Below, one piece after another: positions 36,780 through 46,386 of a DNA stretch of 64,000 nt. A model generated the notes under the pieces. The model made no database searches. It worked only from the letters and a program-made list of their open reading frames with translations, and was not told the origin of the DNA. A program made the translations under genes and the position numbers. Source of the stretch: Angustibacter luteus. Its GTDB lineage: Bacteria > Actinomycetota > Actinomycetes > Actinomycetales > Angustibacteraceae. The DNA lies in assembly GCF_039541115.1 (NCBI RefSeq), contig NZ_BAABFP010000002.1, positions 1-64,000 of the forward strand, in the 5' to 3' direction. Numbering within the stretch: position 1 is the stretch's first letter; the number at the start of each line of letters is the position of its first letter.

Positions 36780-37226
36780 TCAGCCTCCCGACCGGACGGT
36801 GGTGACCTGGGAGAGCGGCACGTCGGTGTCGCCGATCTTGAGGGACGGCTCAGCCGTGAGGCTGCCGCCGAAGGTGGCCGAGGTGACCTTGCCGTCATGG
36901 CTGGTGCCGTCGGTGTCCACCCACGAGATGTCCTTGCCGACCATGCTGCTGGCCGCCAGGCCCTGCTGCAGGGACAGCGCGGCCGTGGAGTCCGCGGCCA
37001 TCTGCTCCAGCTTCTCGACCTGCGTGAACTGCGCGGTCTGCGCCATGAACTCGCTGGAGTCGACCGGCTTGGACGGGTCCTGGTAGCGCAGCTGGGCGAC
37101 CAGCAGCTTCAGGAACGCGTCCTTGTCGAGCTGGGTCTTGTCCACGGCCACGCTGGCCGTCGGGGAGGCCTTGGACACCGGGACGACGATGGCGGCGCTG
37201 GTCGCGGTGCTCACCGGGTTGGTCAT
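36780..37226 (-). CDS. flgD: Hook cap protein
   Basis: LDKDAFLKLLVAQLRYQDPSKP...FMAQTAQFTQVE. Confidence 0.95.
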   Translation of the reverse strand: MTNPVSTATSAAIVVPVSKASPTASVAVDKTQLDKDAFLKLLVAQLRYQDPSKPVDSSEFMAQTAQFTQVEKLEQMAADSTAALSLQQGLAASSMVGKDISWVDTDGTSHDGKVTSATFGGSLTAEPSLKIGDTDVPLSQVTTVRSGG

Positions 37227-37240
37227 GTCAGGGCTCCTGT

Positions 37241-37306
37241 CGGGTCGGGCTGGGGTTCGGGTCGGGCTGGGGTTCGGGTCGGGCTGAGGTTCGCCGTGCT
37301 GGGGTT
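37241..37306. repeat. 17-bp tandem repeat (3 copies plus a degenerate one) between fliK and flgD
   Basis: CGGGTCGGGCTG[G/A]GGTT x3. Confidence 0.85.
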
Positions 37307-37310
37307 GCCG

Positions 37311-38720
37311 TCACAAGGTCACGTCCACCCGGGTCTGCCGACCGCCGCCGGTGCGGCGGACCGCGACCGGGTCGACGCGCGTGGGCACGCGTTCGACCGA
37401 ACCGGGGCGACTGCTCCCCGCGGCCGTGGCGACGGCCCGTCCGGACCGCTCGTCGGAGCCGGCGGCCGTGCCCGGCTGCTGCTGCGGTGCCTGGTACGAG
37501 GACTGCTCGGACACGTCGACCGTGGCCTGGCCGAGGCCCTGCTCCCCCAGGTCGACCCGCAGGTCGGCCAGCGCGCTGCGCAGCAGCTCACGGGTGACGT
37601 CGCTGGCGGCGTGCAAGTTCAGGCTGAGCCCGGCCGCGCCCATGGTCGCCACCACCTGGATCGCACCGAGCTCGGCCGGTCGCAGCTGGACGGTGATGGT
37701 GTGCAGGCCGGTCCGGGTCGCCTCGACGGCGGCCGCGAGCGCCCGCGCGGACACCTGGGCGGCGACCTGGGCGGCCAGCTGGGTGGACGGCTGGGTGGCC
37801 AGCGGCGCACTCACCTGCGGCGAGGTCGTCGAGCTGGACGCCGCCACCGGCGGGCTGAGCGGCACGGCCGCGGTCGTGACGTCCGCCAGGGCCGAGGCCG
37901 CGTCCGGGCCGGCGGGAGCGGGCTGGTCGGGCGAACCCACCCGGTCGAGGGACGGCGCCGCAGCGGCGGCGTCCACCTGCACGGTCAGGGACGCCGGGAC
38001 ACCCGGTACCCCGGCCGTCGGGCCCACGGCACCGGCGCTCTGGCCGGCGGTTGAGCCCGCACTGGTTGCAGCGGTGGTGGTCGCGGTCGTGGCAGTCGTC
38101 GTGGTGGTCACCGCCACCGGGGCGGTCTCGGCGAAGGCGGTGCCCGCGGTCCCGTCGGGCGAGGTGGGGCTCGTCGCCACCGTGCTGGCGGGCTCGGCGT
38201 GAGCCGGTCCGGTCGCGCCCACCGGGAGGGCGGTCACCGCTGAGCCGGCGACCGCGGCGGTGTCGACGGGCGCGGCAGCGTCGGCGGGCACAGCGGACTG
38301 GCCGGCCGCTGCCACCTGCGCAGCGGTCGCAGCCGCGCTGGTCGGGTCGACCACGGGGGCCTGGCCGGCGGTGGCGACCTGGTCGGTGGCCTGGTCGGTG
38401 GCCTGGTCGGTGACGTGGTCGGTGGCTCGGTCGGTGGCTCGGTCGGTGGCCCGGTCGGTGACGCGGTCGGTGACGTTCCCCTGGGCGGCGGTCGCGCTCT
38501 GGTCGGACGTCGCACCCTGATGGGCCGCGGCGTCGCTGCGGCGGCGGCTCGGCGCGGGCCTCGGCTCGCGCTCGGGGGTCTGCGCGCGACGCAGCACGTC
38601 GTCGAACCGGTCGCGGTCACCGGGCACGTCGCCGTGGGTCTGGCGACGCGAGGTGGGGGCACCGGTCTCGGGGCGGCCGGGGGCCGCCTTCGCGAGCACG
38701 GCGGGCAGCGTGGTGCTCAT
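37311..38720 (-). CDS. fliK: Hook-length control protein FliK (469 aa)
   Basis: Low-complexity A/T/P-rich N-terminus and C-terminal domain TVQLRPAELGAIQV...LRSALADLR; lies upstream of flgD; AAGGAG RBS. Confidence 0.85.
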   Translation of the reverse strand: MSTTLPAVLAKAAPGRPETGAPTSRRQTHGDVPGDRDRFDDVLRRAQTPEREPRPAPSRRRSDAAAHQGATSDQSATAAQGNVTDRVTDRATDRATDRATDHVTDQATDQATDQVATAGQAPVVDPTSAAATAAQVAAAGQSAVPADAAAPVDTAAVAGSAVTALPVGATGPAHAEPASTVATSPTSPDGTAGTAFAETAPVAVTTTTTATTATTTAATSAGSTAGQSAGAVGPTAGVPGVPASLTVQVDAAAAAPSLDRVGSPDQPAPAGPDAASALADVTTAAVPLSPPVAASSSTTSPQVSAPLATQPSTQLAAQVAAQVSARALAAAVEATRTGLHTITVQLRPAELGAIQVVATMGAAGLSLNLHAASDVTRELLRSALADLRVDLGEQGLGQATVDVSEQSSYQAPQQQPGTAAGSDERSGRAVATAAGSSRPGSVERVPTRVDPVAVRRTGGGRQTRVDVTL

Positions 38721-39703
38721 GCTGCTCCTTCCATCGTTGCGGTCACTCGACGCACGTAGGTGCGCGTCTCCTCGTACGGCGGGATGCCGTGGTACTTGCG
38801 GACGGCGCCCGGCCCGGCGTTGTACGCGGCGAGGGCGAGCGGGACGGTCCCGAAGCTGTTCAGGTGCTTCTTGAGCAGCCGGGCGGCGCCGTCCACGGCC
38901 TGCGCCGGGTTCGACGGGTCGACACCGAGCTCGCGCGCCGTGCCGGGCATCAGCTGCATGAGCCCGACGGCGCCGGCGCCGCTGCGGGCCGAGGCGTCGA
39001 AGCCGGACTCGGCCTTCGCGACGGCCTTGAGCAGCCCGGACGGCAGGCCGTACCTCGAGGTGGCGTCCGCGAAGAGCGCGTCGTAGCGGGTCGAGCCGCT
39101 GCTGGCCTCGCGCAGCGCGCTCGGCCGGGCCACGGAGGCCTGGGCGGTGCTGGTCGTGTCGGTCCCGCCGGCCGGCAGCACCCGACGGATCCGGGTGGGC
39201 GTCTCGTAGACGTCGGCGATCTTGACGTTCGTGCCGGTGTGCGGAGCGTGCAGCATCTTGCCGTGGCCGACGTAGATGCCGATGTGGTGGTTGCCGAACA
39301 CCAGCAGGTCGCCGGGCTTCGCGTCCTTCATGGACGCCACCGGCTCTCCGGAGCTCTTCTGCTCCGAGACGGTGCGAGGCAGCTCGACGCCGAGGTCCTT
39401 GAAGACCCGCTGCACCAGGCCCGAGCAGTCCAGTCCGGTCTTCGGGTCCGTGCCACCCCACTTGTAGGGGACGCCGAGGTACTGGCGGGCATCGGCGACG
39501 ACGTCGTCGCCGTCCGGGGCGCTGCCGGCCGCCGAACCGGTGGCACCGCTCGTCCCGGTGGTGGTCCCGGTGGCGGCGGCCAGCTGGGCGGCGAACGCGG
39601 ACGCGCTGGTGCCGGACGTCGACGCGAGCTGCGTCGGGGCGGTGAGGGTGGCGATGGTCGTGCGGATCTCGTCGATCCGCGACATGACGGCGCCGGCGCT
39701 CAT
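38717..39703 (-). CDS. NlpC/P60 endopeptidase + lytic transglycosylase (SLT) fusion
   Basis: YLGVPYKWGG...LDCSGLV...HIGIYVG...HAP; AESGF...GAVGLMQLMP...AAYNAG...ETRTYV. Confidence 0.93.
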   Translation of the reverse strand: MSAGAVMSRIDEIRTTIATLTAPTQLASTSGTSASAFAAQLAAATGTTTGTSGATGSAAGSAPDGDDVVADARQYLGVPYKWGGTDPKTGLDCSGLVQRVFKDLGVELPRTVSEQKSSGEPVASMKDAKPGDLLVFGNHHIGIYVGHGKMLHAPHTGTNVKIADVYETPTRIRRVLPAGGTDTTSTAQASVARPSALREASSGSTRYDALFADATSRYGLPSGLLKAVAKAESGFDASARSGAGAVGLMQLMPGTARELGVDPSNPAQAVDGAARLLKKHLNSFGTVPLALAAYNAGPGAVRKYHGIPPYEETRTYVRRVTATMEGAA

Positions 39704-40149
39704 GACAGACCCCCCGCGGTCGCCGGCCCGCCGGTCCGGGCCGCGTGCCGGGCACCGGCCAGGTCGTCGCTGAGCGCCTGGTCGGCGCGGGCGCGGGCGG
39801 CCGCCTGCTGCTCACGGTGGCGCTCGGCCAGCCGCTCGATGGCGCGGGCGCGCATCCGCGACTGCAGCCACTGCTCGCGAGCCTGCTCGAGGTCCTGCTG
39901 GGAGATCTCGCGGGCGGCGATCGCCTCGCTGACCGCGGCGACCATCGCGGAGCGGCTCGCGGCCGCGGCGAGGAAGTGCGGCGCCGGCCCACCGGGGACC
40001 GCGCCGGCGGCGTCCAGGGACGACGACCGGCGCAGCACGGTGGCCTGCGCGGCGGACAGCCGCGCCTGGGCCTGGCCCAGCTCGCGGCGGGACTGCTCCT
40101 CCTGGACGCCGCGCACGCGCAGCAGACCGGACAGGGCGAACTTGCTCAT
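39700..40149 (-). CDS. fliJ: Flagellar export protein FliJ
   Basis: MSKFALSGLLRVR..QEE coiled coil directly after fliI. Confidence 0.8.
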   Translation of the reverse strand: MSKFALSGLLRVRGVQEEQSRRELGQAQARLSAAQATVLRRSSSLDAAGAVPGGPAPHFLAAAASRSAMVAAVSEAIAAREISQQDLEQAREQWLQSRMRARAIERLAERHREQQAAARARADQALSDDLAGARHAARTGGPATAGGLS

Positions 40150-41480
40150 GACCGGGCCCCCGCGTCGACCAGGGCGCCGACCAGCGCGTTCAGGTGCGAC
40201 CACGACGTCTGGCTGGGCACCGTCTCCTCGATGGGCTGGCGCAGGAAGCCGTTCACGGCGTCCCAGTGCACGAGCGCGGCGTCGACGTCCGGGTCGGCCC
40301 CGGGTGCGTAGGCGCCGACCTCGATGAGCTCGCGGGCGTCGCGGTGCGCGGCGAGCACCCGGCGCAGGACGGTCGCGGCGGCGCGCTGCTCGGACGTGGT
40401 GACGGCGCCCGCGACGCGGGACACCGACTCCAGGACGTCGATGGTCGGGAAGTGCCCGGCGGTGGCGAGCCGGCGGGACAGGGTCACGTGCCCGTCCAGG
40501 ATCGAGCGGGCCGCGTCGGCGATCGGCTCGTTGTGGTCGTCGCCGTCGACGAGGACGGTGTAGATGCCGGTGATGGTGCCGTGCTCGGCCGGTCCGGCCC
40601 GCTCCAGCAGCTTGGGCAGCAGGGCGAAGGTGGACGGCGGGTAGCCCCGGGTGGCCGGCGGCTCGCCGTTGGACAGGCCGATCTCGCGCTGGGCCATGGC
40701 GACGCGGGTGAGGCTGTCCATCATCAGCAGGACGTCGAGGCCGCCGTCGCGGAACCACTCGGCGATCCGGGTGGCGACGAACGCGGCCCGCAACCGGGTG
40801 ACGGCGGGGGCGTCGGACGTGGCCACGACGACGACGGAGCGGGCCAGCCCCGCTTCGCCCAGGTCGCCCTCGACGAACTCGCGGACCTCACGACCACGCT
40901 CCCCGACGAGCGCGAGGACGCTGACGGAGGCGCTGGTGCCGCGGGCGATCATCGACAGCAGGCTGGACTTGCCGACGCCGCTGCCGGCGAAGATGCCGAG
41001 TCGCTGGCCGCGGCCGGCGGGCACCAGGGTGTCCAGGGCGCGGACGCCGAGCGTGACGGGGGCGTCGACCCGCTGGCGCAGCAGCGCCTGCGGTGCCCGG
41101 TGGTGCACGCCGACGAGCTCTCCGCTCAGTGCGGGCCCGCCGTCCGCGGGCTGCCCGATGCCGTCCAGCACGCGGCCGAGCAGGTCCGGACCGACGCGGA
41201 TGCGCAGACCGTCGCCGGAGGCGAAGACGGGGTCGCCGGCGCGCAGGCCCTCGACCTCGCCGAGGGGCATGCAGCGCACCCGGTCGGCGGTGAGTCCGAC
41301 GACCTCGGCGGGGACGCCGTCCAGGCCGGTGGTGGAAGCGAGCAGCAGGAGGTCGCCCACCGCGGCGTCGACGCCGACGACCTCGACGACGAGTCCGACG
41401 ACGGCGCTGACCCGACCCACCCGCTGCGGCGCCGCCGCACGGGTGGCCGTGCCGAGCCGGCTCATCAGGGTGCTGCTCAT
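40146..41480 (-). CDS. fliI: Flagellar export ATPase
   Basis: GIFAGSGVGKS, GERGREVREF, MDSLTR, GYPPS, SILDGH. Confidence 0.97.
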   Translation of the reverse strand: MSSTLMSRLGTATRAAAPQRVGRVSAVVGLVVEVVGVDAAVGDLLLLASTTGLDGVPAEVVGLTADRVRCMPLGEVEGLRAGDPVFASGDGLRIRVGPDLLGRVLDGIGQPADGGPALSGELVGVHHRAPQALLRQRVDAPVTLGVRALDTLVPAGRGQRLGIFAGSGVGKSSLLSMIARGTSASVSVLALVGERGREVREFVEGDLGEAGLARSVVVVATSDAPAVTRLRAAFVATRIAEWFRDGGLDVLLMMDSLTRVAMAQREIGLSNGEPPATRGYPPSTFALLPKLLERAGPAEHGTITGIYTVLVDGDDHNEPIADAARSILDGHVTLSRRLATAGHFPTIDVLESVSRVAGAVTTSEQRAAATVLRRVLAAHRDARELIEVGAYAPGADPDVDAALVHWDAVNGFLRQPIEETVPSQTSWSHLNALVGALVDAGARS

Positions 41481-42136
41481 GCGGTCACCGGACCGGTCGG
41501 TGCGGTGGAGCGGATGGTTTCCAGCGCTCGCTGCAGCGCGGTCTCGATGCGGGCGTCGACGACCGAGCCGGCCTGCTCGGCGATGGCGTCGCCCTGGCGG
41601 AGCGTGGCGTCCGGCACGAGCCGCACCTCGTGCGTGTCGAACCGGAAGGTGCCGTCGTCGTCCGACCGGGTCTCGTGCTCCAGCACGAGCGCGTGGTCGG
41701 TCGGGTGCAGCCTGACGGTCACGGCGACGTCGGTCGGCAGCGGCGCGAGCGAACGGCGCACCGCGGCGAGCGCGGCGGCGTCCACGGTGGACAGCTCGGC
41801 CTGCAGGATCCCGCGGGCCAGCGCCACGGCGGCCTCGAGGACGACGTCGGCGACGTCCTCGAGCAGCGGCAGGCTGGACGCCGACATCCGGACGACGGCC
41901 TGGCCGAGGCTGCGCACGGCGTGGTCCACCTGGATCCGGGCGGCCTGGGTGTTGGCCTTGCGGTCGCGCTCGGCGGCGTCCACGGTCGCCTGCAGCTGGG
42001 CCGCGACCACGCGCTGACCGGCGGCCATCCCCTCGGCGTAGCCGAGCGAGCGGGCACCGAGCCGGACCTCGCTCAGGTCGGCACCGGACCCCGCGGAGAG
42101 CGGTGCGAAGCGCCGGGCGTCAGTCGACGTACTCAT
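41477..42136 (-). CDS. fliH: Flagellar export protein FliH
   Basis: GxxxG repeat GYAEGMAAG, VRLHPTD, LRQGDAI...VVDARI; lies between fliG and fliI. Confidence 0.85.
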   Translation of the reverse strand: MSTSTDARRFAPLSAGSGADLSEVRLGARSLGYAEGMAAGQRVVAAQLQATVDAAERDRKANTQAARIQVDHAVRSLGQAVVRMSASSLPLLEDVADVVLEAAVALARGILQAELSTVDAAALAAVRRSLAPLPTDVAVTVRLHPTDHALVLEHETRSDDDGTFRFDTHEVRLVPDATLRQGDAIAEQAGSVVDARIETALQRALETIRSTAPTGPVTA

Positions 42137-43148
42137 CGTCGCCCCCACGGCGCAGCATGATCTGACCGCTCTCCTCGAGCGAGCGGATGACCTGGACGAT
42201 CTTGGAGCGCGCCTCCTCGACGGCCGCGACACGCTGCGGGCCGAGCAGGCCGATCTCCTCCAGCAGGTTCTCCCGAGCGCGCTCGGAGACGTTGCTGAGC
42301 ACCTTCTCGCGCACGATGTCGGTGACACCCTTGAGCGCGACGGCGAGGTCGCCGGTCTCGACCTGGCGCAGCACGAGCTGGACGCCGCGGTCCTCCAGGG
42401 TCGTGATGTCCTCGAAGACGAACAGGCGGGCCCGGACGGCCTCGGCGAGCGCCGGGTCGCGGCTCTCCAGGCTCTCCAGGATGATCCGCTCGGTGGCCGG
42501 GTCGGCGCGGTTGATCAGGTCGACCAGCGGCTGGACGCCGCCGACGGCGGCGGCGTTGCGGCCCGGCTGGAGCACGGAGGAGGTCTGGCGCTCGAGCACC
42601 TCGGCGACGACGCGGACCATGTCGTGGTTGGTGCGCTCCATGGTGCCGATCCGGTGCGCGACCTCGGCCTGCTGCTCGGGCGGAAGCCCGGACAGGATCA
42701 CCGAGGCCTGGTCCAGCTGCAGGTGCGCCAGCACGACGGCGACCACCTGCGGGTGCTCGCCGGACAGGAAGCCGACGAGGGTGCGCGGGTCGGCGTCGGC
42801 CAGGAACGAGAAGGCGTCCGTCGCGTGCGCCTTGGCGAGCCGGTCGATGACCGCCGAGGCGCGCTCGGAGCCGAACGTCGCCGAGAGCAGCTCGTGGGCC
42901 GCCTCGACCCCGCCGCCGGCGGAGGTCGTGCCGGTGCCGAACGCCTCCTGGAACTCGCGCAGCACGGTCTCGACGACCTCGGGTGCCACGGAGCGCAGCC
43001 GGACGATCTCGCCGGCCACCTCCTCGATCTCGGCCTCGCGCAGCTGGGACAGGATGGGCGCGGAGCGCTCCCGGCCGATCTGCATGAGGACGATGGCCAC
43101 CTTCTGCGGCCCGGTCAGCGCCAGCGGCGCCTCGGTCGTGGTCGCCAC
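42120..43148 (-). CDS. fliG: Rotor/switch protein FliG
   Basis: LTGPQKVAIVL, GGGVEAA, EHPQ, LFVFEDI, NVSERA. Confidence 0.96.
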   Translation of the reverse strand: MATTTEAPLALTGPQKVAIVLMQIGRERSAPILSQLREAEIEEVAGEIVRLRSVAPEVVETVLREFQEAFGTGTTSAGGGVEAAHELLSATFGSERASAVIDRLAKAHATDAFSFLADADPRTLVGFLSGEHPQVVAVVLAHLQLDQASVILSGLPPEQQAEVAHRIGTMERTNHDMVRVVAEVLERQTSSVLQPGRNAAAVGGVQPLVDLINRADPATERIILESLESRDPALAEAVRARLFVFEDITTLEDRGVQLVLRQVETGDLAVALKGVTDIVREKVLSNVSERARENLLEEIGLLGPQRVAAVEEARSKIVQVIRSLEESGQIMLRRGGDDEYVD

Positions 43149-43150
43149 GG

Positions 43151-44743
43151 TCAGCCCCTACGGTCCGCGAGCCAGCCGCGCAGCAGCTCGGCGACCTCGT
43201 CGGGCTGGCGCTCCACCAGGGCGAGGACGTCGTCCTTGCGGCGCTGCGGGATCGCCGGGGCCGGCGAGTCGCCGTCGCCGGCGGGCAGGGCGAGCCGGTC
43301 GGCAGCCTCGAGCGCCTGGCGCTGGGCGGGGATGCCTACCTGGGACTCGACGAGGTCCAGCTGCACGAGCTCGTCGATCGTCTGGCCCTTCTTCTTCTTA
43401 CGGGACAGCCAGACCACCAGCAGCAGGACGAGGATGCCGAGGACGATCGCCGCCTGCTTGGCCCAGCCGACCAGCTGCGCCCGCTGCTGGGCCTGCTCGG
43501 CCTTCTTCAGCTCGGCGGCCGCGGTCTTGGTGGCGGTCTGGTCGAACGGCATGCTCGTCACGTTCAGCGCGTCGCCGCGGGTCGGGTCGATGCCGGCGGC
43601 GGTGCTGACCGCGGTCTGCAGCTTGGTCAGGTCGACGCCCTTGACCTTGTCGTCGACCACGACCGAGACGGACTGGCGGACCACGGCCCCGGGGGCGGCC
43701 TTCTTGTGCTCGGTGACCTTGGACTGCGCGTTGTTCGTGGTGGTCGTGGACTTCTCGTAGTTCCCCGAGCCGGAGCCCGAGCTCGGCACCGCGAGGTTGT
43801 CGGTGCCCAGCACGCCGCTCGCGGTCCCGCTGCCACCGGCGTACTTCTCGGTGGTCGTCGACGTCGCCAGCGGCTTGGCGTCCTTGTCGGTGTAGACCCG
43901 CTCGGTGGTGGTGTCGATCGCGTCGAACTGCAGCGTCGCGTTGACCTGCGCCACGGCGTGGCCGGGGCCGACGATCTTGTCCAGCACGCCCTGCAGCTCG
44001 GCGGCCTGGCGGGTCTCGTAGTCCTGCGTCAGCTGGTCGTTGCTGGCGCCACCGGCGCCCGTGGCGCCGTCAGAACCCTTGGTGGACAGCAGGTTCCCCT
44101 TGCCGTCGACCACGGTGACGTCGTCCGCGCTCATGCCCTCGATGCTCGAGGCGACGAGGTGCACGATGCTCTGCACCTGCTGGTTGCTCAGCTCGGAGCC
44201 GGGCTTCATGGCGACCAGGACGGAGGCGGTGGGCTTGCTCTCGGAGTCCAGGAAGACGTCCTTGGCCGGGATGGCCAGGTGCACGACCGAGCTGCTCACC
44301 CCGTCGATGGCCTGGACCGTCTTGGCCAGCTCGCCCTCCAGGGCGCGCTGGTAGGTGACCTGCTGCTGGAACTGCGAGGCGGTCACGCCCTGCTTGTCCA
44401 GCAACGAGTACCCGCCCTCGGACGACGAGGGCAGGCCCTGGCCGGAGAGCTTGACGCGCTCGGCGTAGACGACGTCCTTCGGCACGAGCACCGTGCTGCC
44501 ACCGTCGGTCAGCTGGTACTTCACGCCGTCGGCGTCCAGCTTGTCGACGATGGCGCTGGCGTCCTCGCCGGCCAGGCTGCCGAACAGCGGCGCGTACGTC
44601 GGGGCGCTGGCCCACTTGAAGAACGCGAACCCGCCGAGCAGCAGCCCGACGACCAGCAGTCCGCCGATGACGCGCTGGGCGGCGCTGAAGCCGCCGAGCT
44701 GGGTCTGCACCCGACGGAGGGTGACCTGCATCGCCTGCGGCAT
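43151..44743 (-). CDS. fliF: MS-ring protein FliF
   Basis: YAPLFGSL, GYSLLD, YQRALEGELAKT, VHLAIP, PTASV, two TM helices. Confidence 0.96.
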   Translation of the reverse strand: MPQAMQVTLRRVQTQLGGFSAAQRVIGGLLVVGLLLGGFAFFKWASAPTYAPLFGSLAGEDASAIVDKLDADGVKYQLTDGGSTVLVPKDVVYAERVKLSGQGLPSSSEGGYSLLDKQGVTASQFQQQVTYQRALEGELAKTVQAIDGVSSSVVHLAIPAKDVFLDSESKPTASVLVAMKPGSELSNQQVQSIVHLVASSIEGMSADDVTVVDGKGNLLSTKGSDGATGAGGASNDQLTQDYETRQAAELQGVLDKIVGPGHAVAQVNATLQFDAIDTTTERVYTDKDAKPLATSTTTEKYAGGSGTASGVLGTDNLAVPSSGSGSGNYEKSTTTTNNAQSKVTEHKKAAPGAVVRQSVSVVVDDKVKGVDLTKLQTAVSTAAGIDPTRGDALNVTSMPFDQTATKTAAAELKKAEQAQQRAQLVGWAKQAAIVLGILVLLLVVWLSRKKKKGQTIDELVQLDLVESQVGIPAQRQALEAADRLALPAGDGDSPAPAIPQRRKDDVLALVERQPDEVAELLRGWLADRRG

Positions 44744-45075
44744 CAGCCCTGCATCCTCATGATCTCGTTGAACGCGTCGAGCGCCTTGTTCCGCAAGGTG
44801 ACGGTGAGCTCGGTGGTCAGCTCGGCCTTGGTCGCCGCGATCATGTAGTCGTGGACGTCGGTGAGGTCACCGGTCGCAGCCTTGACGCCGAGGTCGTCGG
44901 CCTTGGTCTGCACGTCGGACAGGTTCTGCAGACCGCCCTCGAGGGCCTGGGCGAAGCCGGTGCCCGAGGTGGCCCCGGTGCCGGTCGCGGCACCGGCGGA
45001 CCCGGTCGAGGCGAGCCCGGTGGTGGGGACCGAGGCGGACGACGCCAGTGCGGCGCCGATGGCGGCGATGCTCAT
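44743..45075 (-). CDS. fliE: Hook-basal body protein FliE
   Basis: [12 protein letters not shown]...[15 protein letters not shown]. Confidence 0.95.
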   Translation of the reverse strand: MSIAAIGAALASSASVPTTGLASTGSAGAATGTGATSGTGFAQALEGGLQNLSDVQTKADDLGVKAATGDLTDVHDYMIAATKAELTTELTVTLRNKALDAFNEIMRMQG

Positions 45076-45470
45076 CAGTTCCTCCCGAGCGCGAGCGCGG
45101 CCTGGTAGGCCTCACGGGCGCGGTCGACGACGCTGAGGTTCGCCTGGTAGCCGCGCTGGGCCATGATCAGCTGGCCCATCTGCTGGCCCAGGTCGACGTC
45201 CGGCATCCGCACGTACCCGTCGGCGTCGGCGAGCGGGTGGGTGGGGTCGTAGACCAGCCGGCCCTCGGCGCTGCCCTTGGCGACGCCGGACACCTGCACG
45301 CCCTGGCCGTCCCCCATCTCGCTGGCGATGATGCTGGTCTGCTGGTACGCCGCCTCGGACGTCGAGGTGACGTTGTTCATGTTGGCGATGTTGTCGCTGA
45401 CCGCGTCGAGCCACTTGCGGTAGACGGCGACGCCGGACTGGGCGATCCCGATGCTGTCGAAGATGGGCAT
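45075..45470 (-). CDS. flgC: Proximal rod protein FlgC
   Basis: [36 protein letters not shown]. Confidence 0.95.
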   Translation of the reverse strand: MPIFDSIGIAQSGVAVYRKWLDAVSDNIANMNNVTSTSEAAYQQTSIIASEMGDGQGVQVSGVAKGSAEGRLVYDPTHPLADADGYVRMPDVDLGQQMGQLIMAQRGYQANLSVVDRAREAYQAALALGRN

Positions 45471-45829
45471 CAGGCGCTCCGCATCGACGTCTTGAGGATG
45501 CTGAAGTCGTGGTCGACCGCGCGCAGCGTGAGCTGGTAGCGCAGGTTCGTGTCGACGCTGGACAGCGTCTCGGTGTCCAGGTTCACGTTGCTGCCGTTGA
45601 GCCGGGTGGGCTCGAGCGACTTCTGGGAGGTCGGGCCGACCGAGGTCACGGAGCCCGAGGCGATGCTGCCGTCGTCCACGGCGCTGCGCAGGCTGTCCTC
45701 GAAGCTGACCCGGGTCGCGTGGTACCCCGGCGTCTCGACGTTCGCGATGTTGTCAGCGATGGCTCGCTGTCGAGCGGCCAGACCGGTCAGCGCGCTGCCC
45801 AGGGCAACACTGGTCACATCGTCGAACAC
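45470..45829 (-). CDS. flgB: Proximal rod protein FlgB
   Basis: RQRAIADNIANVETPGY, VSFEDSL, NGSNVNLDTE. Confidence 0.95.
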   Translation of the reverse strand: MFDDVTSVALGSALTGLAARQRAIADNIANVETPGYHATRVSFEDSLRSAVDDGSIASGSVTSVGPTSQKSLEPTRLNGSNVNLDTETLSSVDTNLRYQLTLRAVDHDFSILKTSMRSA

Positions 45830-45909
45830 GGATCGCACCACCAAGGTGAGTCGTCTTGCAGGTGACGGCCGATCCGTGGCCGAGGTTGAGCGATCCTTGC
45901 TCCCTCATG

Positions 45910-45936
45910 TTCTCGTCAGAGGGGGGTGGGACTTGA
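45910..45936 (-). promoter_or_regulatory. sigma28-type promoter of the flgB...flgE operon
   Basis: TCAA-N15-GACGAGAA; two GGA-loop hairpins in the leader (45888-45902, 45867-45881). Confidence 0.65.
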
Positions 45937-46038
45937 GCGCTGGGCCGCAACGATTTTCAACGGTTCGTCGCGGTGTTCACCCGAACGCCCTAGTCGTTCA
46001 CCCGTTCGCCGCCCCGTATGGAGTAACGGGGCGCTCAG

Positions 46039-46386
46039 TCAGTACGTAGCGTCGACGTACAGGGGCCGACTGGGTGCCTGGTCGAAGCGCATCCGGCGTG
46101 AGACCTCGTGGTGCTGGCGCGAGCTGGTGGCCGCTCGGGCGAGGTCCTCGATGACCCGGAGCTGGCGCTCCAGCACGATCCGGGCCCGCTCCTGCAACGA
46201 CTCTGGCAGCGGCGCGATGCCGGTCGGCGGGGCCCAGGACCCCAGCATCGTGGGCAGCTCGTCCTGGTCGCCGCGACGCACGGCCGCCAGGACCGCCTCG
46301 GCCGCGTCGACGTCCTCCTCGAGGTCGGTCAGCGTGGCAACCCACACGGCGCGCCAGTCCTGCTCGGCGTCGTGGGTGAGGGTCAT
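46039..46386 (-). CDS. Hypothetical protein after fliS (possibly FliT-like)
   Basis: ATGA overlap with fliS; helical, W...L..LE...WAPP..IAPLP...ERAR, ends LYVDATY. Confidence 0.65.
   Translation of the reverse strand: MTLTHDAEQDWRAVWVATLTDLEEDVDAAEAVLAAVRRGDQDELPTMLGSWAPPTGIAPLPESLQERARIVLERQLRVIEDLARAATSSRQHHEVSRRMRFDQAPSRPLYVDATY

Noticed and set aside
37311..39992. 893-aa FliK fusion from the ORF track
   Set aside because: The upstream part is an R/P-rich alternate frame over fliJ and the NlpC/SLT gene; the real start is ATG 38720 with an RBS and ATGA overlap
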